From positions 33,135-97,134 of the forward strand of contig JAUYIT010000027.1 in the NCBI GenBank assembly GCA_030688315.1: 64,000 nt of DNA, given 5' to 3'. Within the stretch, counting starts at the first letter, position 1. Each line of letters starts with the position of its first letter. A program made the translations under genes and the position numbers. Below are positions 9,425 to 19,189 of the stretch, one piece after another. Source of the DNA: Candidatus Komeilibacteria bacterium. GTDB lineage: Bacteria > Patescibacteriota > Patescibacteriia > UBA1558 > UBA10009. A model generated the notes under the pieces. The model ran no database searches, had not been told where the DNA came from, and worked only from the letters and a program-made list of their open reading frames with translations.

Positions 9425-9679
9425 ATTTTTATGTTACTTATTGGTTAAATTGAATATGTGAATTTAAATCATCCTCTTATTAACCCTTGATCGCGCCTTC
9501 AACCTGAAATTCTTTTCTGGACAAACCAAGGACAATAACGATAATTTCGAAAATATTCATGATAATATTATATCAAATCTTTTGGACTCAATAAAGGGTA
9601 TAACTTGGCCAAATCCTGAATTGCTTTAAAAAAAACCCGATGTTATAATTTAAATAGAAAACTTAAAACCTTAAATAAA

Positions 9680-10414
9680 ATGGCTAAAAAACCCTTATTA
9701 CCATCCAAAGCCCTGGAAAATTTTGATATCAGTGAAATAAAACAAGGTAAATACTTTACCGAAGGGCGCTATGGCGGAAAACTAGGTGATAGAAAATGGG
9801 GACTAAAAGGACAATTGGCCGCGTATAAACGTACCGGCAGATTTAGTGAAACAAAAAATTTATCAAAAAAGAATGTTGATGAGATATACAGACTAATTTC
9901 CGAGCGACTTAAAAAGCATCAAAAGGCTCAATCAGCGATAATTACCAGAAAAGATAAAATTAAAATAAACGCCGAGGGATTAAAATTACGCAGAACAGCC
10001 GGAAGCGGTTTTACCAAAGTCGATCAAAAAGATTTAAAAAAAATTGTTTCAACATTGCAACAACAAAGTCAAAGCGCGGTGTTTAATGATAAAAAACCGG
10101 GGGCTGAAAAACTTGCCAAGGTCAGACAAAGCCGAGTTATGGATAGAATTTTAGAGAAAGAACATGAACCGAATATTTTAGAAAGCAAAGATCCTGTTAA
10201 ACCCACAATTGCTATTAAACCCGCCCTTGCTTCTCCTCTGCCGCCAACTCATTCCCAAGCGGGTCAGTCATCGCCTGTTGTGATGGCGCCGACCAACTTT
10301 GCTCCCGGCCCAAACAGCGGTTCTCAAGAAGCCTATCAACCGCCCGCGCCGGCCGCTCCATTAACCGGCGAAACTAAACCAACATTTGAACCGCGGGACT
10401 TACAAATAGATTAA
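9680..10414 (+). CDS. hypothetical Lys-rich protein with Pro/Gln-rich C-terminal tail
   Basis: 244 aa. A TATAAT box lies about 30 nt upstream. Basic N-terminal half, PPAPAAP low-complexity C-terminus, no conserved motif recognised. Confidence 0.5.
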   Translation: MAKKPLLPSKALENFDISEIKQGKYFTEGRYGGKLGDRKWGLKGQLAAYKRTGRFSETKNLSKKNVDEIYRLISERLKKHQKAQSAIITRKDKIKINAEGLKLRRTAGSGFTKVDQKDLKKIVSTLQQQSQSAVFNDKKPGAEKLAKVRQSRVMDRILEKEHEPNILESKDPVKPTIAIKPALASPLPPTHSQAGQSSPVVMAPTNFAPGPNSGSQEAYQPPAPAAPLTGETKPTFEPRDLQID

Positions 10415-10524
10415 AGGATACCTTGGCTGATTTATTATCCGTGAAATCAATTTTTATCCGTGTAATCCGTGTTTAAAAAAAGACCGCCCACGTTATGTTG
10501 TGAGCGGCTGTTTTACTAACTCGG

Positions 10525-11364
10525 CTACTGCATGTTAATGGCGTCCGGATGATTGTAGTTAGCAACCTCAAAGAGTGAGCTTATCCACTGCTTTGAACGC
10601 AGACTGAGCGGGTTCGCTTCTGCAGATCGTCCGCCTCGGTAAAAAGCAACCGAACAGTCCGGTCGCTTTTTACCGAGGCGGACTGACCGAACATTGGCAA
10701 TGGGCATACCGCCATCGACGAACGCGCGGGCCGGACGGTATTGGCTAGAAATGACCTCCAGATTAACATCCCCGGTAAAAGCGATGTCCAATGGATTGGG
10801 TATAGCGCCCCAGTATTCCTCGTCGAGGTTGATACCAGCCAGACGCAGACAATCGGAACTAAGAAACAGTCCATCTTGCCTACAGGCGTTGCGAGCTAAA
10901 CCCCATGAACCGACCGCCGTCGCCACGACCATCCCGTCGCCTTTTAGCTCCAAACTGCCGCGGGCGCAGGCCAAACCGATGGTTAAATTCTGTCCAGAAT
11001 CCCTTTCCACCCAGGCCTCATTTAAACCGAAGTGAATTGACTGCCCACGATCAGTTTGACAAACCGCTTGCAGTAATGGCAACTCTCTGACCACCAAAGG
11101 TCTGCCTACCAACCTTGAAAAATCATTCTCATGATTTAACAGGAATCCCTTGGAACCGGTATTGAGCCCAAGAAACGGCAATCCCATATCGCCGTACAGA
11201 CCAACGGCCTTTAGCATTGCTCCGTCGCCGCCGAGACTAACAATAAGACTGGGGTTCTTGTTATCAATAAATGAGGCTAAACTACCAGCCAGCCGCGCCG
11301 ATGCTTCATGCTCAGGATTAAAATGAAGCAACAAGCGTGGTTCATCCAAAACGATCCTTTCCAT
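10525..11364 (-). CDS. nadK: NAD+ kinase
   Basis: 279 aa. GGDG(A/T)ML motif (SLGGDGAMLKA) and NE/D acceptor motif region. GC content is clearly above the window average and a perfect 17-bp inverted repeat lies inside the 3' end. Confidence 0.8.
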   Translation of the reverse strand: MERIVLDEPRLLLHFNPEHEASARLAGSLASFIDNKNPSLIVSLGGDGAMLKAVGLYGDMGLPFLGLNTGSKGFLLNHENDFSRLVGRPLVVRELPLLQAVCQTDRGQSIHFGLNEAWVERDSGQNLTIGLACARGSLELKGDGMVVATAVGSWGLARNACRQDGLFLSSDCLRLAGINLDEEYWGAIPNPLDIAFTGDVNLEVISSQYRPARAFVDGGMPIANVRSVRLGKKRPDCSVAFYRGGRSAEANPLSLRSKQWISSLFEVANYNHPDAINMQ

Positions 11365-11454
11365 TTTTCTCTCCCTTGGAAAGATGTTGTGTTTGTTCTA
11401 AAATTTTACCGGCAAAATAATTTTGCCCTTAACATCTTAAAACAAGTTATACTG

Positions 11455-11481
11455 AAAAAGCCGCCTAGTTGGCGGCTTTTT
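11455..11481 (-). terminator. intrinsic terminator downstream of ndk (bidirectional-capable)
   Basis: aaaaaGCCGCCtagttGGCGGCttttt, about 130 nt 3' of the ndk stop. Confidence 0.55.
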
Positions 11482-11610
11482 AAATTTATCTTAGGCAATA
11501 AAATTAAAAAACCGTCAACCGATTGCGGCTAAACAAGACGTAAATAATTTTAATAATATTGACTGACATATTAGTAGTATAGCAAATCCTGAAAAATCGT
11601 CAAATTTAAA

Positions 11611-12072
11611 TTAGCCTTTAAACTCGCTTTCGTAAACCATGTCGGTGCCGAGCTTGGCATAGCTGAACAATTCGTCATTGTTAAAGAAACGCTTGATTTC
11701 GCTCTCCGCCGTTTCTAAAGAATCAGAAGCGTGCACCAGATTCCAGTTGGTCATGGCCAAATCGCCACGAATGGTACCGGCATCGGCTTCCACGCCTTTG
11801 GTGGAACCGCAGATGATGCGCACGGCTTGAACAACTTCCGCGCCTTCCAACACCATCAGCAAGACGGGGGCGGACTTCATGAATTTTTTAAGGTTGCCAA
11901 AAAACGGCTTATCTTTGTGATGGGCGTAATGCTCTTCCAATTTTAAATCGTCCAGCTCCATCATTTTCATGCCCGCGATTTTAAGGCCTTTTTTTTCAAA
12001 CCGGCCGACGATTTCGCCTACTAAGCTTCTTTGCAGGGTGTCGGGCTTCATGATAATTAATGTTCTTTCCAT
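11611..12072 (-). CDS. ndk: nucleoside diphosphate kinase
   Basis: 153 aa. NDK fold motifs including IMKPD, the catalytic His region NLVHASD and the Kpn-loop. Confidence 0.93.
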   Translation of the reverse strand: MERTLIIMKPDTLQRSLVGEIVGRFEKKGLKIAGMKMMELDDLKLEEHYAHHKDKPFFGNLKKFMKSAPVLLMVLEGAEVVQAVRIICGSTKGVEADAGTIRGDLAMTNWNLVHASDSLETAESEIKRFFNNDELFSYAKLGTDMVYESEFKG

Positions 12073-12077
12073 ATTAT

Positions 12078-12455
12078 TTATTTTAAATATTCTTTAACCT
12101 TATTAACAACTTCAATCGGCGTCAAGTTGGCTTTAACCAAATAACCGGCAGCGCCTAAAGTTTGCCCTTTTTTAATATCTTCATCCTGCCCCAGGTTGGT
12201 GAGCAAAATAACCGGCACGCTTTTTAATTTATCGTTTTCCTTGATTTTTTTTAACACGGAAAAACCGTCCAGCTTAGGCATAATAATATCCAATAAAATA
12301 ATGTCGGGCTTAATCTCGCCGGCTAGCTGTAAGCCGGTTTCGCCGTCTAGGGCCTTGCGGATATCAAAACCTTCGTTTTTAAACTTGGTTTCGTACATGT
12401 TGGCCAGCATTTCCTCGTCTTCAATCAACAAAATGTTGTATTTTTTCTCGGTCAT
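12078..12455 (-). CDS. single-domain response regulator (CheY-like receiver)
   Basis: 125 aa. Acidic pocket D/E (LLIEDEE), phospho-acceptor Asp in ILLDIIMP, conserved T/K (LLTNLG...K). No output domain and no kinase in the window. Confidence 0.85.
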   Translation of the reverse strand: MTEKKYNILLIEDEEMLANMYETKFKNEGFDIRKALDGETGLQLAGEIKPDIILLDIIMPKLDGFSVLKKIKENDKLKSVPVILLTNLGQDEDIKKGQTLGAAGYLVKANLTPIEVVNKVKEYLK

Positions 12456-12525
12456 GGTTTTGTAAATATTAACTTAATTTATCCACATTATAACAGAATT
12501 TTAATATTTGACAAGGGCTTTTTGG

Positions 12526-13410
12526 TTAATCCACAATGATCTCCTGACCGTTAAAGGTGAGGGTTAAATCGCCATGTTGGTCGTTGCGATATATCTTAAC
12601 GCCCTGGCGGGTTAAAAGGTTAATAACCCTAAAATCCGGCAGGCCGAATTTATTTTGCTGACCGACTTGAATGACGGCATATTTTGGGCTTACTTTAGCT
12701 AAAAATTTATGACCAGTAGCGGTATCACTGCCATGATGGCCGACTTTTAACAAATCAGCTTTAACCTCTTGGCCCGAAGCCAGCAGACCTGCTTCGCCGT
12801 CAATTTCCAAATCACCGGCAAACAAGGCCGAATTTTGTTGATAAATCATTTTAATAACAACCGAGGTGTTATTTAAATTACCCCCATTATCCGAGGCCTG
12901 CCATTCTCCTCCTTTTTCCGCGATAGTTTGGCCGTGATAATTTTTTAACGGGGCCATTACTAAAAATTCAACTTGGCCAAAAATTAGTTTTTGTCCGGCT
13001 TGGGCGTAAATTACTTCAGCTTGTTCTTGATTGACCAATTTGAGCCATTCGTTATAAGCGGAACTTTGATAAACAACGCCCGTGGTCAGGACACGCTTGA
13101 CTTTATATCTCTCCAACACCGGAATCAAGCCGGTTAAATGATCGGCGTGCGGATGGGTTAACACCATCAGGTCAATAGTCCGATCGTAAAACGGCAGGGT
13201 CTGTCCAAGTTTTGACAAAAAAGAATTATCCGGCCCGCCGTCAATAACGATATTTTCATGGGTCGGGGTTCTGATTAGCATGCCGTCGCCTTGGCCGATG
13301 TTGAAAAAATAAATTTTCAATTCTAAACTTTGACTGCTTTGCCAAACGATGCTTGATAAAACCAAGAGCGAAGTTAATAGGCCGGTTAAAATTTTAATGG
13401 TTTTTTTCAT
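12526..13410 (-). CDS. exported metallo-beta-lactamase-fold hydrolase (ComEC C-terminal nuclease-domain homologue encoded as a separate protein)
   Basis: 294 aa. Signal peptide MKKTIKILTGLLTSLLVLSS, then the MBL motif THPHADHLTG and downstream His/Asp ligands. Lies immediately downstream of the ComEC channel gene. Confidence 0.75.
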   Translation of the reverse strand: MKKTIKILTGLLTSLLVLSSIVWQSSQSLELKIYFFNIGQGDGMLIRTPTHENIVIDGGPDNSFLSKLGQTLPFYDRTIDLMVLTHPHADHLTGLIPVLERYKVKRVLTTGVVYQSSAYNEWLKLVNQEQAEVIYAQAGQKLIFGQVEFLVMAPLKNYHGQTIAEKGGEWQASDNGGNLNNTSVVIKMIYQQNSALFAGDLEIDGEAGLLASGQEVKADLLKVGHHGSDTATGHKFLAKVSPKYAVIQVGQQNKFGLPDFRVINLLTRQGVKIYRNDQHGDLTLTFNGQEIIVD

Positions 13411-13422
13411 CAGCGACGTATT

Positions 13423-14817
13423 TTAGATTTCCAAATTAGACCAGTTAAATGAAGCCAGCGCACTGGCAATATTAAGGATATAGCTTAAACCCAGCCAAAC
13501 CGGCCAGGCAACCAGTTGCCCCAGCGGCAGCCAGATTAAGCCGAGAGTGACGGCAATAAACCCGAGCAGCATCATCATGGGAATGGAAGGCAGAACTAAA
13601 AGGTTAGCAAGCGGCGCGATGACTGACAGGCGGCCGAATTGCCACAAAATAAGGGGCGAGGTAAAAGCAATGGCCGATAAAGTGGTAGCCAATGATTCTC
13701 TGATGTTTAAGGGGTTGGGCAGCCATTTTAACCATTTGGACATGGTAGGCGAAAAATAAACCAAACCCAGAGTGGCTAAAAAAGACAGTTGAAACCCGGC
13801 GTCATAAATTAATACTTGAGGATTAAACAACAGCATGATTACGGCGGTAATAGCCAAAGTATTGGTTATTTTACCGGCCCGGCCCAACGTGGTGGACATT
13901 AAAACAATCGTACCCATCACGCCGGCTCTGATAATGGAAGCGGGAAAACCGGTAATAGCCACAAAAAAGGCAATGCCTAAAACAATCAAGCCAAATGCTC
14001 TTTGCCGGGAAAGGCCCAAGCCGATAAATAATGAAGTTAAAGCCACGGCGATAATAGTGATGTTATAACCGGAAACAGCGATGATGTGAGTAATGCCCGA
14101 GCGGGTAAAATCGTCTAACACATTTTGCGGCATCCCCTTTTTGGCGCCCCACAATAAACCGCCCAAAAACGCGGCTTGCGGTTCGGGCAGAATTTGCCCC
14201 GAAACCCAAATGAGTTTGGTTTTGATTTTTAAAATAGCTGACTTGATGATACTGCCGTGGTAATGGCCGGTTAACTTTAGCTGGCCGCGGTAGCAGACGG
14301 CATATATATTTTCCTTAGCCAAAAACTTATCGTACTTAAAATCCTCAATCGGCTGCGGCGCGGCCAGCTGGCAGTTTATTTCCAAAATATCGTTAAATTG
14401 ATACTGCGGATATAACGGCGCGTTAACCAAAACCAGACCTTTGATTACTTTTGCCTGACCGTTAATAACAATTTTTTCGGCAGCAATTTTATATTTTATC
14501 TGATCGGTCCTCACGTCCGGCTCATCGCCTATAACTCCATTAAAAATAACTTTTTGCTCATTATAAAAAGCAATATGTCGCTCATTGATATTGGGAATTG
14601 ACAATTGATAGCGGCTAACGCCTAAAACGAAAAACAACAAACATAGTCCGATCAACATCAAAAGCGACTTTATTCGACCAAAAATCAAAATAATGACGCC
14701 CAGTAATACCCAGCCGTAGATAATTTTCCAGTCAATAACAACAAACGACGCTAAACCAACGCCGGCAATAAATGACAGACACGAATATAAAACCAGCTGT
14801 GATTTTCTGAATTTCAT
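13423..14817 (-). CDS. comEC: ComEC/Rec2 family DNA internalisation channel (DUF4131 + competence domain), lacking the MBL domain
   Basis: Polytopic membrane protein with the ComEC competence-domain pattern. The track start at 14847 is a TTG; the ATG at 14817 (MKFRKSQ...) is preferred. Confidence 0.75.
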   Translation of the reverse strand: MKFRKSQLVLYSCLSFIAGVGLASFVVIDWKIIYGWVLLGVIILIFGRIKSLLMLIGLCLLFFVLGVSRYQLSIPNINERHIAFYNEQKVIFNGVIGDEPDVRTDQIKYKIAAEKIVINGQAKVIKGLVLVNAPLYPQYQFNDILEINCQLAAPQPIEDFKYDKFLAKENIYAVCYRGQLKLTGHYHGSIIKSAILKIKTKLIWVSGQILPEPQAAFLGGLLWGAKKGMPQNVLDDFTRSGITHIIAVSGYNITIIAVALTSLFIGLGLSRQRAFGLIVLGIAFFVAITGFPASIIRAGVMGTIVLMSTTLGRAGKITNTLAITAVIMLLFNPQVLIYDAGFQLSFLATLGLVYFSPTMSKWLKWLPNPLNIRESLATTLSAIAFTSPLILWQFGRLSVIAPLANLLVLPSIPMMMLLGFIAVTLGLIWLPLGQLVAWPVWLGLSYILNIASALASFNWSNLEI

Positions 14818-14889
14818 AAATCGCTTTTCACAAAAAAACAGAGCCAAAAAAATCTTTGACCCTGTTATTTAAATTTTGCTAATTATTTT

Positions 14890-15114
14890 CTAAGACAGTC
14901 GATGTTCCAAATTGACAATTCTTTTTTTGTGATCGACTAACATGGCACCATGGTAACTAATACTTGATTCATGCCTGCCCGTGATATCCAAAACCAAATC
15001 AAACTTTTTATCCATCTGGACAATCACTTTTTCCAGATGATTTAACTGTTCATCGGTACGGTTGGCATCTTCTTTAATAGAGGTAAAAAAACCTCTTAAC
15101 TCTGCGTCTTTCAT
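14890..15114 (-). CDS. hypothetical small coiled-coil protein
   Basis: 74 aa, charged and helical, no motif. Confidence 0.35.
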   Translation of the reverse strand: MKDAELRGFFTSIKEDANRTDEQLNHLEKVIVQMDKKFDLVLDITGRHESSISYHGAMLVDHKKRIVNLEHRLS

Positions 15115-15218
15115 ATTCGCTTTTCTGGCTATTTTTAGTTTATGGCCTTATTAATAGTTATCCCCAAGTTTCTTAAGCTTGGTTGACCCATGCTGTTATA
15201 ATAATTGAACGAAAAAAT

Positions 15219-16592
15219 TTAGTCAACTTTATACCCGCCGTCAGACAAATCCTTGATTTTAATACCCCGTTTTTCCAACTGCTCACGAAGTTCATCGGAC
15301 TTTTGATAGTCCTTATTTTGACGCGCTTGCTGACGTTCATCTATCAAACGTTGAACGTCAGAACTTATTTTTTTCGCAACCTTGTACTGATTCAAATTCA
15401 AGCCCAAAACTTTGTCAAATTCAATGATGGTTTGGCGTTTTTTTGATGAGGGTTTATCGGACTTTAATAATTCTTGAACCACGGCCAAAGAAGCGGATAT
15501 ATTTAAATCATCATTAATTGCCTGCGTAAATTTTCCAAGGCAAGTATCGCAAGCCTGCCCTGGTTTATCCAAAACGGAAATATCCCTGATTAAATTATCA
15601 TAACCTGTTTGCGCCGCTTGCAGGGCCTCCCAGCTAAAATTGAGTTTTGACCGGTAATGGGCTTGCAAACAAAAATAACGATAAGCCAAAGGATTAATAC
15701 CTTTATCTTTCAAACTCTGCATGGTAATAAAGTTGCCATCGGACTTAGCCATCTTATCATTATTGATGACCAAAAACTCTCCATGAACCCAAAATCTAAC
15801 AACTTCTTTACCAAGCAAGCCCCAATTTTGCGCCCGCTCATTGGTATGATGAACCGGAATATGGTCAATGCCGCCGGTATGAATATCAAATTCCTTACCC
15901 AACGCCTTAATACTGATGGCCGAACATTCCAAATGCCAGCCCGGAAAACCAATTCCCCAAGGACTTTTCCATTCCATTTGCCTTTTTGAGCCGGCCGGAG
16001 AAAATTTCCATAAAGCAAAATCGGTCGGATTCTTTTTTTCATTATTAATTTCCACACGACTGCCTTCCTGTTGACCCGCCAAATTCAATTTAGCCAGACG
16101 CACGTAATCGGAATACTTGGAAGTATCAAAATATATTCCATCGGAAGTTTGATAAGTCAAACCCCTTTTTTCAAGTTTTTTAACAAAATCAATCTGTTCT
16201 TTAATTGTCTCGGTCGCTTTAATCCATTTATGCGGTTCCTGAATATTCAAATCCTTAAGATCCTGCCGAAATGTTTTGGTATAAAACTCGGCAATTTCCC
16301 AAACGCTTTTACCCTCCCTGGCCGAGCCCTTTTCCAGTTTATCCTCGCCGCTATCGGCATCAGAGGTTAAGTGGCCCACATCGGTAATGTTCATGACCTG
16401 TTTGACTTTATAGTCATTGAATTCCAAAACCCGACGCAAAATATCTTCAAAAAGATAAGTCCGCAAATTGCCGATATGCGCCCAGTTATAAACCGTTGGC
16501 CCGCAGGTATATAAACCCGCTTTCCCCTTTTTTATGGGGATAAATTCCTGCTTTTGCCGGGTTAGGGTGTTGTATAATTTAAGCTTATTCAT
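15219..16592 (-). CDS. cysS: cysteine--tRNA ligase
   Basis: 457 aa. Class I HIGH-type motif (CGPTVYNWAHIGN) and KMSKS (KMAKSDGN). Zn-binding Cys residues. Confidence 0.95.
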   Translation of the reverse strand: MNKLKLYNTLTRQKQEFIPIKKGKAGLYTCGPTVYNWAHIGNLRTYLFEDILRRVLEFNDYKVKQVMNITDVGHLTSDADSGEDKLEKGSAREGKSVWEIAEFYTKTFRQDLKDLNIQEPHKWIKATETIKEQIDFVKKLEKRGLTYQTSDGIYFDTSKYSDYVRLAKLNLAGQQEGSRVEINNEKKNPTDFALWKFSPAGSKRQMEWKSPWGIGFPGWHLECSAISIKALGKEFDIHTGGIDHIPVHHTNERAQNWGLLGKEVVRFWVHGEFLVINNDKMAKSDGNFITMQSLKDKGINPLAYRYFCLQAHYRSKLNFSWEALQAAQTGYDNLIRDISVLDKPGQACDTCLGKFTQAINDDLNISASLAVVQELLKSDKPSSKKRQTIIEFDKVLGLNLNQYKVAKKISSDVQRLIDERQQARQNKDYQKSDELREQLEKRGIKIKDLSDGGYKVD

Positions 16593-16601
16593 GAGATAAT
16601 T

Positions 16602-17702
16602 TTACCCAATTTGGCTTCTTAAGTAAACTTCAATAAAACTATCCAGCTCGCCGTTTAAAACAGCGTCGGGCTCGTGCTCTTCATAATCGGTCCGATGGTC
16701 TTTAACCATTTTGTAAGGATGCAGCACGTAAGAACGGATTTGATTGCCCCAAGCCGCTTCGGTCAGTTCCCCGCGGATGCGCATGCGCTCTTCTTCTTGC
16801 TGCGCTTCATAATACTTGGCTAATTTGCCCTGCAAAATTTTGAGGGCGGTTTCTCGGTTTTGCTGTTGACTGCGTTCATTTTGGCACGAAACTTTGATAC
16901 CGGTGGGAATATGAGTCAGGCGGATAGCCGAATAAGTAGTATTGACCGACTGGCCGCCGTGGCCGGTGGCGGTATTGGCCTCTATCTTTAAGTCATCCGA
17001 TTTAATCTCCAACTCCGAACCGACCGAAGAGTCCAATTCGGGCGTAACTTCCACCATGGCAAACGAAGTGTGTCGGGCATGGTCGGCGTCAAAGGGCGAC
17101 AAACGGACTAAGCGATGCACACCCGATTCAGCTTTTAAAAAGCCGTACACAAAATCGCCGGAAATTTCCAGCATCACGCTTTTAATGCCCGCTTCATTGC
17201 CGCGCGACTCATTGATAATTTTAATTGGCCAGTTTTTATTTTCACAAAACCTTAAATACATTCTTTTGAGCATTTCCGCCCAATCCTGCGCTTCGGTGCC
17301 GCCGGCGCCGGCGTAAATGGTGAGCACGGCATTAGCGGAATCGTACTTGCCGTTTAAAACGGTTTTAATTTCCAATTGGCTAAATTGTTTTTCCAGTTTG
17401 TAAAACTGATCGGTAAGATCTTTGGTTAAACTAGCGGACTGCTCAACTTCATCTTCCTGCGACAAGGCCGATAAATCCTTGATTTCCTGTTCCAGATTTT
17501 GCCAGCCGCTGACTTCAGTTTTTAAATTAGCCGCCTGCTGGGAAACAAGGCGCGCCTGAACCTGATCCTGCCAAAAAGCAGGATCGCTCATTTTGGCTTC
17601 CAAATTGTTAATCTCATTTTGCTTGGAAACCAAATTAACCCGATTTATTAAATCCTGGATTTTACCGGCTAAAGCTTGAATTTTATCGGTTAATTCTTTC
17701 AC
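16602..17702 (-). CDS. prfB: peptide chain release factor 2 (no programmed frameshift)
   Basis: 366 aa. SPF tripeptide (RLSPFD), GGQ motif (ATGHGGQSVNTT). Single uninterrupted ORF. Confidence 0.92.
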   Translation of the reverse strand: MKELTDKIQALAGKIQDLINRVNLVSKQNEINNLEAKMSDPAFWQDQVQARLVSQQAANLKTEVSGWQNLEQEIKDLSALSQEDEVEQSASLTKDLTDQFYKLEKQFSQLEIKTVLNGKYDSANAVLTIYAGAGGTEAQDWAEMLKRMYLRFCENKNWPIKIINESRGNEAGIKSVMLEISGDFVYGFLKAESGVHRLVRLSPFDADHARHTSFAMVEVTPELDSSVGSELEIKSDDLKIEANTATGHGGQSVNTTYSAIRLTHIPTGIKVSCQNERSQQQNRETALKILQGKLAKYYEAQQEEERMRIRGELTEAAWGNQIRSYVLHPYKMVKDHRTDYEEHEPDAVLNGELDSFIEVYLRSQIG

Positions 17703-17737
17703 TATGGTATTCTACCAAATCCACGGATAAAATGAAA

Positions 17738-17770
17738 ACCCGCCCCGACTTTACGTCGGGGCGGGTTTAT
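17738..17770 (-). terminator. intrinsic terminator built from a repeat-family hairpin module
   Basis: aaaCCCGCCCCGACtttacGTCGGGGCGGGttt. The inner ccccgac(gtaaa/tttac)gtcgggg matches the module in the 3499-3632 repeat. Confidence 0.5.
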
Positions 17771-17814
17771 GGTTAATCGGAATATTATTTTTAAAAATGA
17801 CTTACTTAGTGGGC

Positions 17815-18204
17815 TTATTGACTGTTATATAAATCCAAAATATTTTTATAGGAATTAATTGCTCCGCCGTTTTGCTGGATCAGCTTGATTAAATCTTCCT
17901 GCTTTAAATCGCCGTTCTGCAATAACTCTTCAACGCCCTTGGCTTGGGTATTTTCTTGCCTTTGATTAAACACGCCGGGAAAAATATTGCCGATAAAACC
18001 CTGCAGCAGGGGCGGCAAATAAATCACACCCAGCACCAGCATGGCCACGACCAAAAAAATCTTGACCCAGCTCATAATGATGCCGAGCATCATGTAATTT
18101 TTAACCTTTTTGGTCATTAAATAAATCTGCTTGGAATAAGCCAGATTCTGCTCCAGCATTTTTTTCATTTGTTCATCCGGCGGCGCGGCGTTGTAATTGG
18201 TCAT
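17815..18204 (-). CDS. hypothetical membrane protein
   Basis: 129 aa with one or two TM helices. Its start overlaps the upstream gene's stop by 4 nt (ATGA). Confidence 0.45.
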   Translation of the reverse strand: MTNYNAAPPDEQMKKMLEQNLAYSKQIYLMTKKVKNYMMLGIIMSWVKIFLVVAMLVLGVIYLPPLLQGFIGNIFPGVFNQRQENTQAKGVEELLQNGDLKQEDLIKLIQQNGGAINSYKNILDLYNSQ

Positions 18205-18680
18205 AGATTGGAAATTAACTTTACGAATTTTATTTCCACCACATCTCTGGCTTTTAATTTAACCTGATTGAGTGGTTCGGTACGCAGTTGATTATTGACC
18301 CACAACAGCCAGCTGGCTCCGTTGGCGGTATTTTTAAGGCCGGCTAAAGAAAAATTTTTTAATTCCCCGCTCTGTTGATCAAGCTCAGCGATAAAATTAA
18401 AATTTGAATCCACTTGATTGATTTTTTCCAGGAGCTGATAAACGGTTTGGCCGTAATTTAACTGCTGATCCTGATAAACTGCTACGCGTCCTCCGCCTTG
18501 ATCAACCATTAAACTGACTTTAATGGACGGATTGCGATTGATTATATTGCTAAAGCCGCCTTCCGGATTTAATATAGTTACGGTTTGTTCCTGACCGATA
18601 ATTACTCCGGCAATCCAAATCACCACGGCCAAACAGATGGCAATAATTAATCTCGTGGTGGTATTAAAACGTTCCAGCAT
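18201..18680 (-). CDS. hypothetical N-terminally anchored extracytoplasmic protein
   Basis: 159 aa, signal-anchor helix then a soluble domain. Translationally coupled to the downstream ORF. Confidence 0.45.
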   Translation of the reverse strand: MLERFNTTTRLIIAICLAVVIWIAGVIIGQEQTVTILNPEGGFSNIINRNPSIKVSLMVDQGGGRVAVYQDQQLNYGQTVYQLLEKINQVDSNFNFIAELDQQSGELKNFSLAGLKNTANGASWLLWVNNQLRTEPLNQVKLKARDVVEIKFVKLISNL

Positions 18681-19181
18681 TTATTTTTTCTTAATAATCC
18701 TTAAACTCTTAACGGTTTTTTTAAGCAGGGCCGGCTTAAGCAAACTATTCAGTTCGTGCTGAAAGGTTTTTACATCTTCAAACGCCCGGTAAACGGAAGC
18801 GAATCTGATATAGGCCACCTTGTCAAAAAACTTCAGCCGTTTCATGACGATTTCGCCGATGGCCGCGCTGGTAATTTCGTCCTGCTTTCTTTTTTGAATA
18901 TCGCGCTCCACGGTGCTGACCAATTTTTTAAAATCTTCCAGCGTATAGGGCCGTTTTTCCAAAGATTTTTTGAGGCCCGATTCCAGTTTGTCGCGCGAAT
19001 ACGGCTCTTTAACTCCGTTCCTTTTTACCACCAGCAGGTTGAGAATTTCCATCTGCTCGTAAGTGGAAAATCTGAACGAACATTTTTGGCATTCCCGCCG
19101 CCGTTTGATGGCAAAGCCGTCCTCGCTTAACCGCGAATCATTAACCTTGGTATCTTGAGCCAAACAAGCGGGACATTTCAT
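18681..19181 (-). CDS. nrdR: transcriptional repressor NrdR
   Basis: 166 aa. N-terminal Zn ribbon (CPAC...CQKC) followed by an ATP-cone. Confidence 0.92.
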   Translation of the reverse strand: MKCPACLAQDTKVNDSRLSEDGFAIKRRRECQKCSFRFSTYEQMEILNLLVVKRNGVKEPYSRDKLESGLKKSLEKRPYTLEDFKKLVSTVERDIQKRKQDEITSAAIGEIVMKRLKFFDKVAYIRFASVYRAFEDVKTFQHELNSLLKPALLKKTVKSLRIIKKK

Positions 19182-19189
19182 AATTTTGT

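Noticed and set aside
16602-17702. Programmed +1 frameshift site in prfB
   Set aside because: The RF2 ORF is continuous from its ATG, with no in-frame UGA near codon 25. This genome's prfB is not frameshift-regulated.
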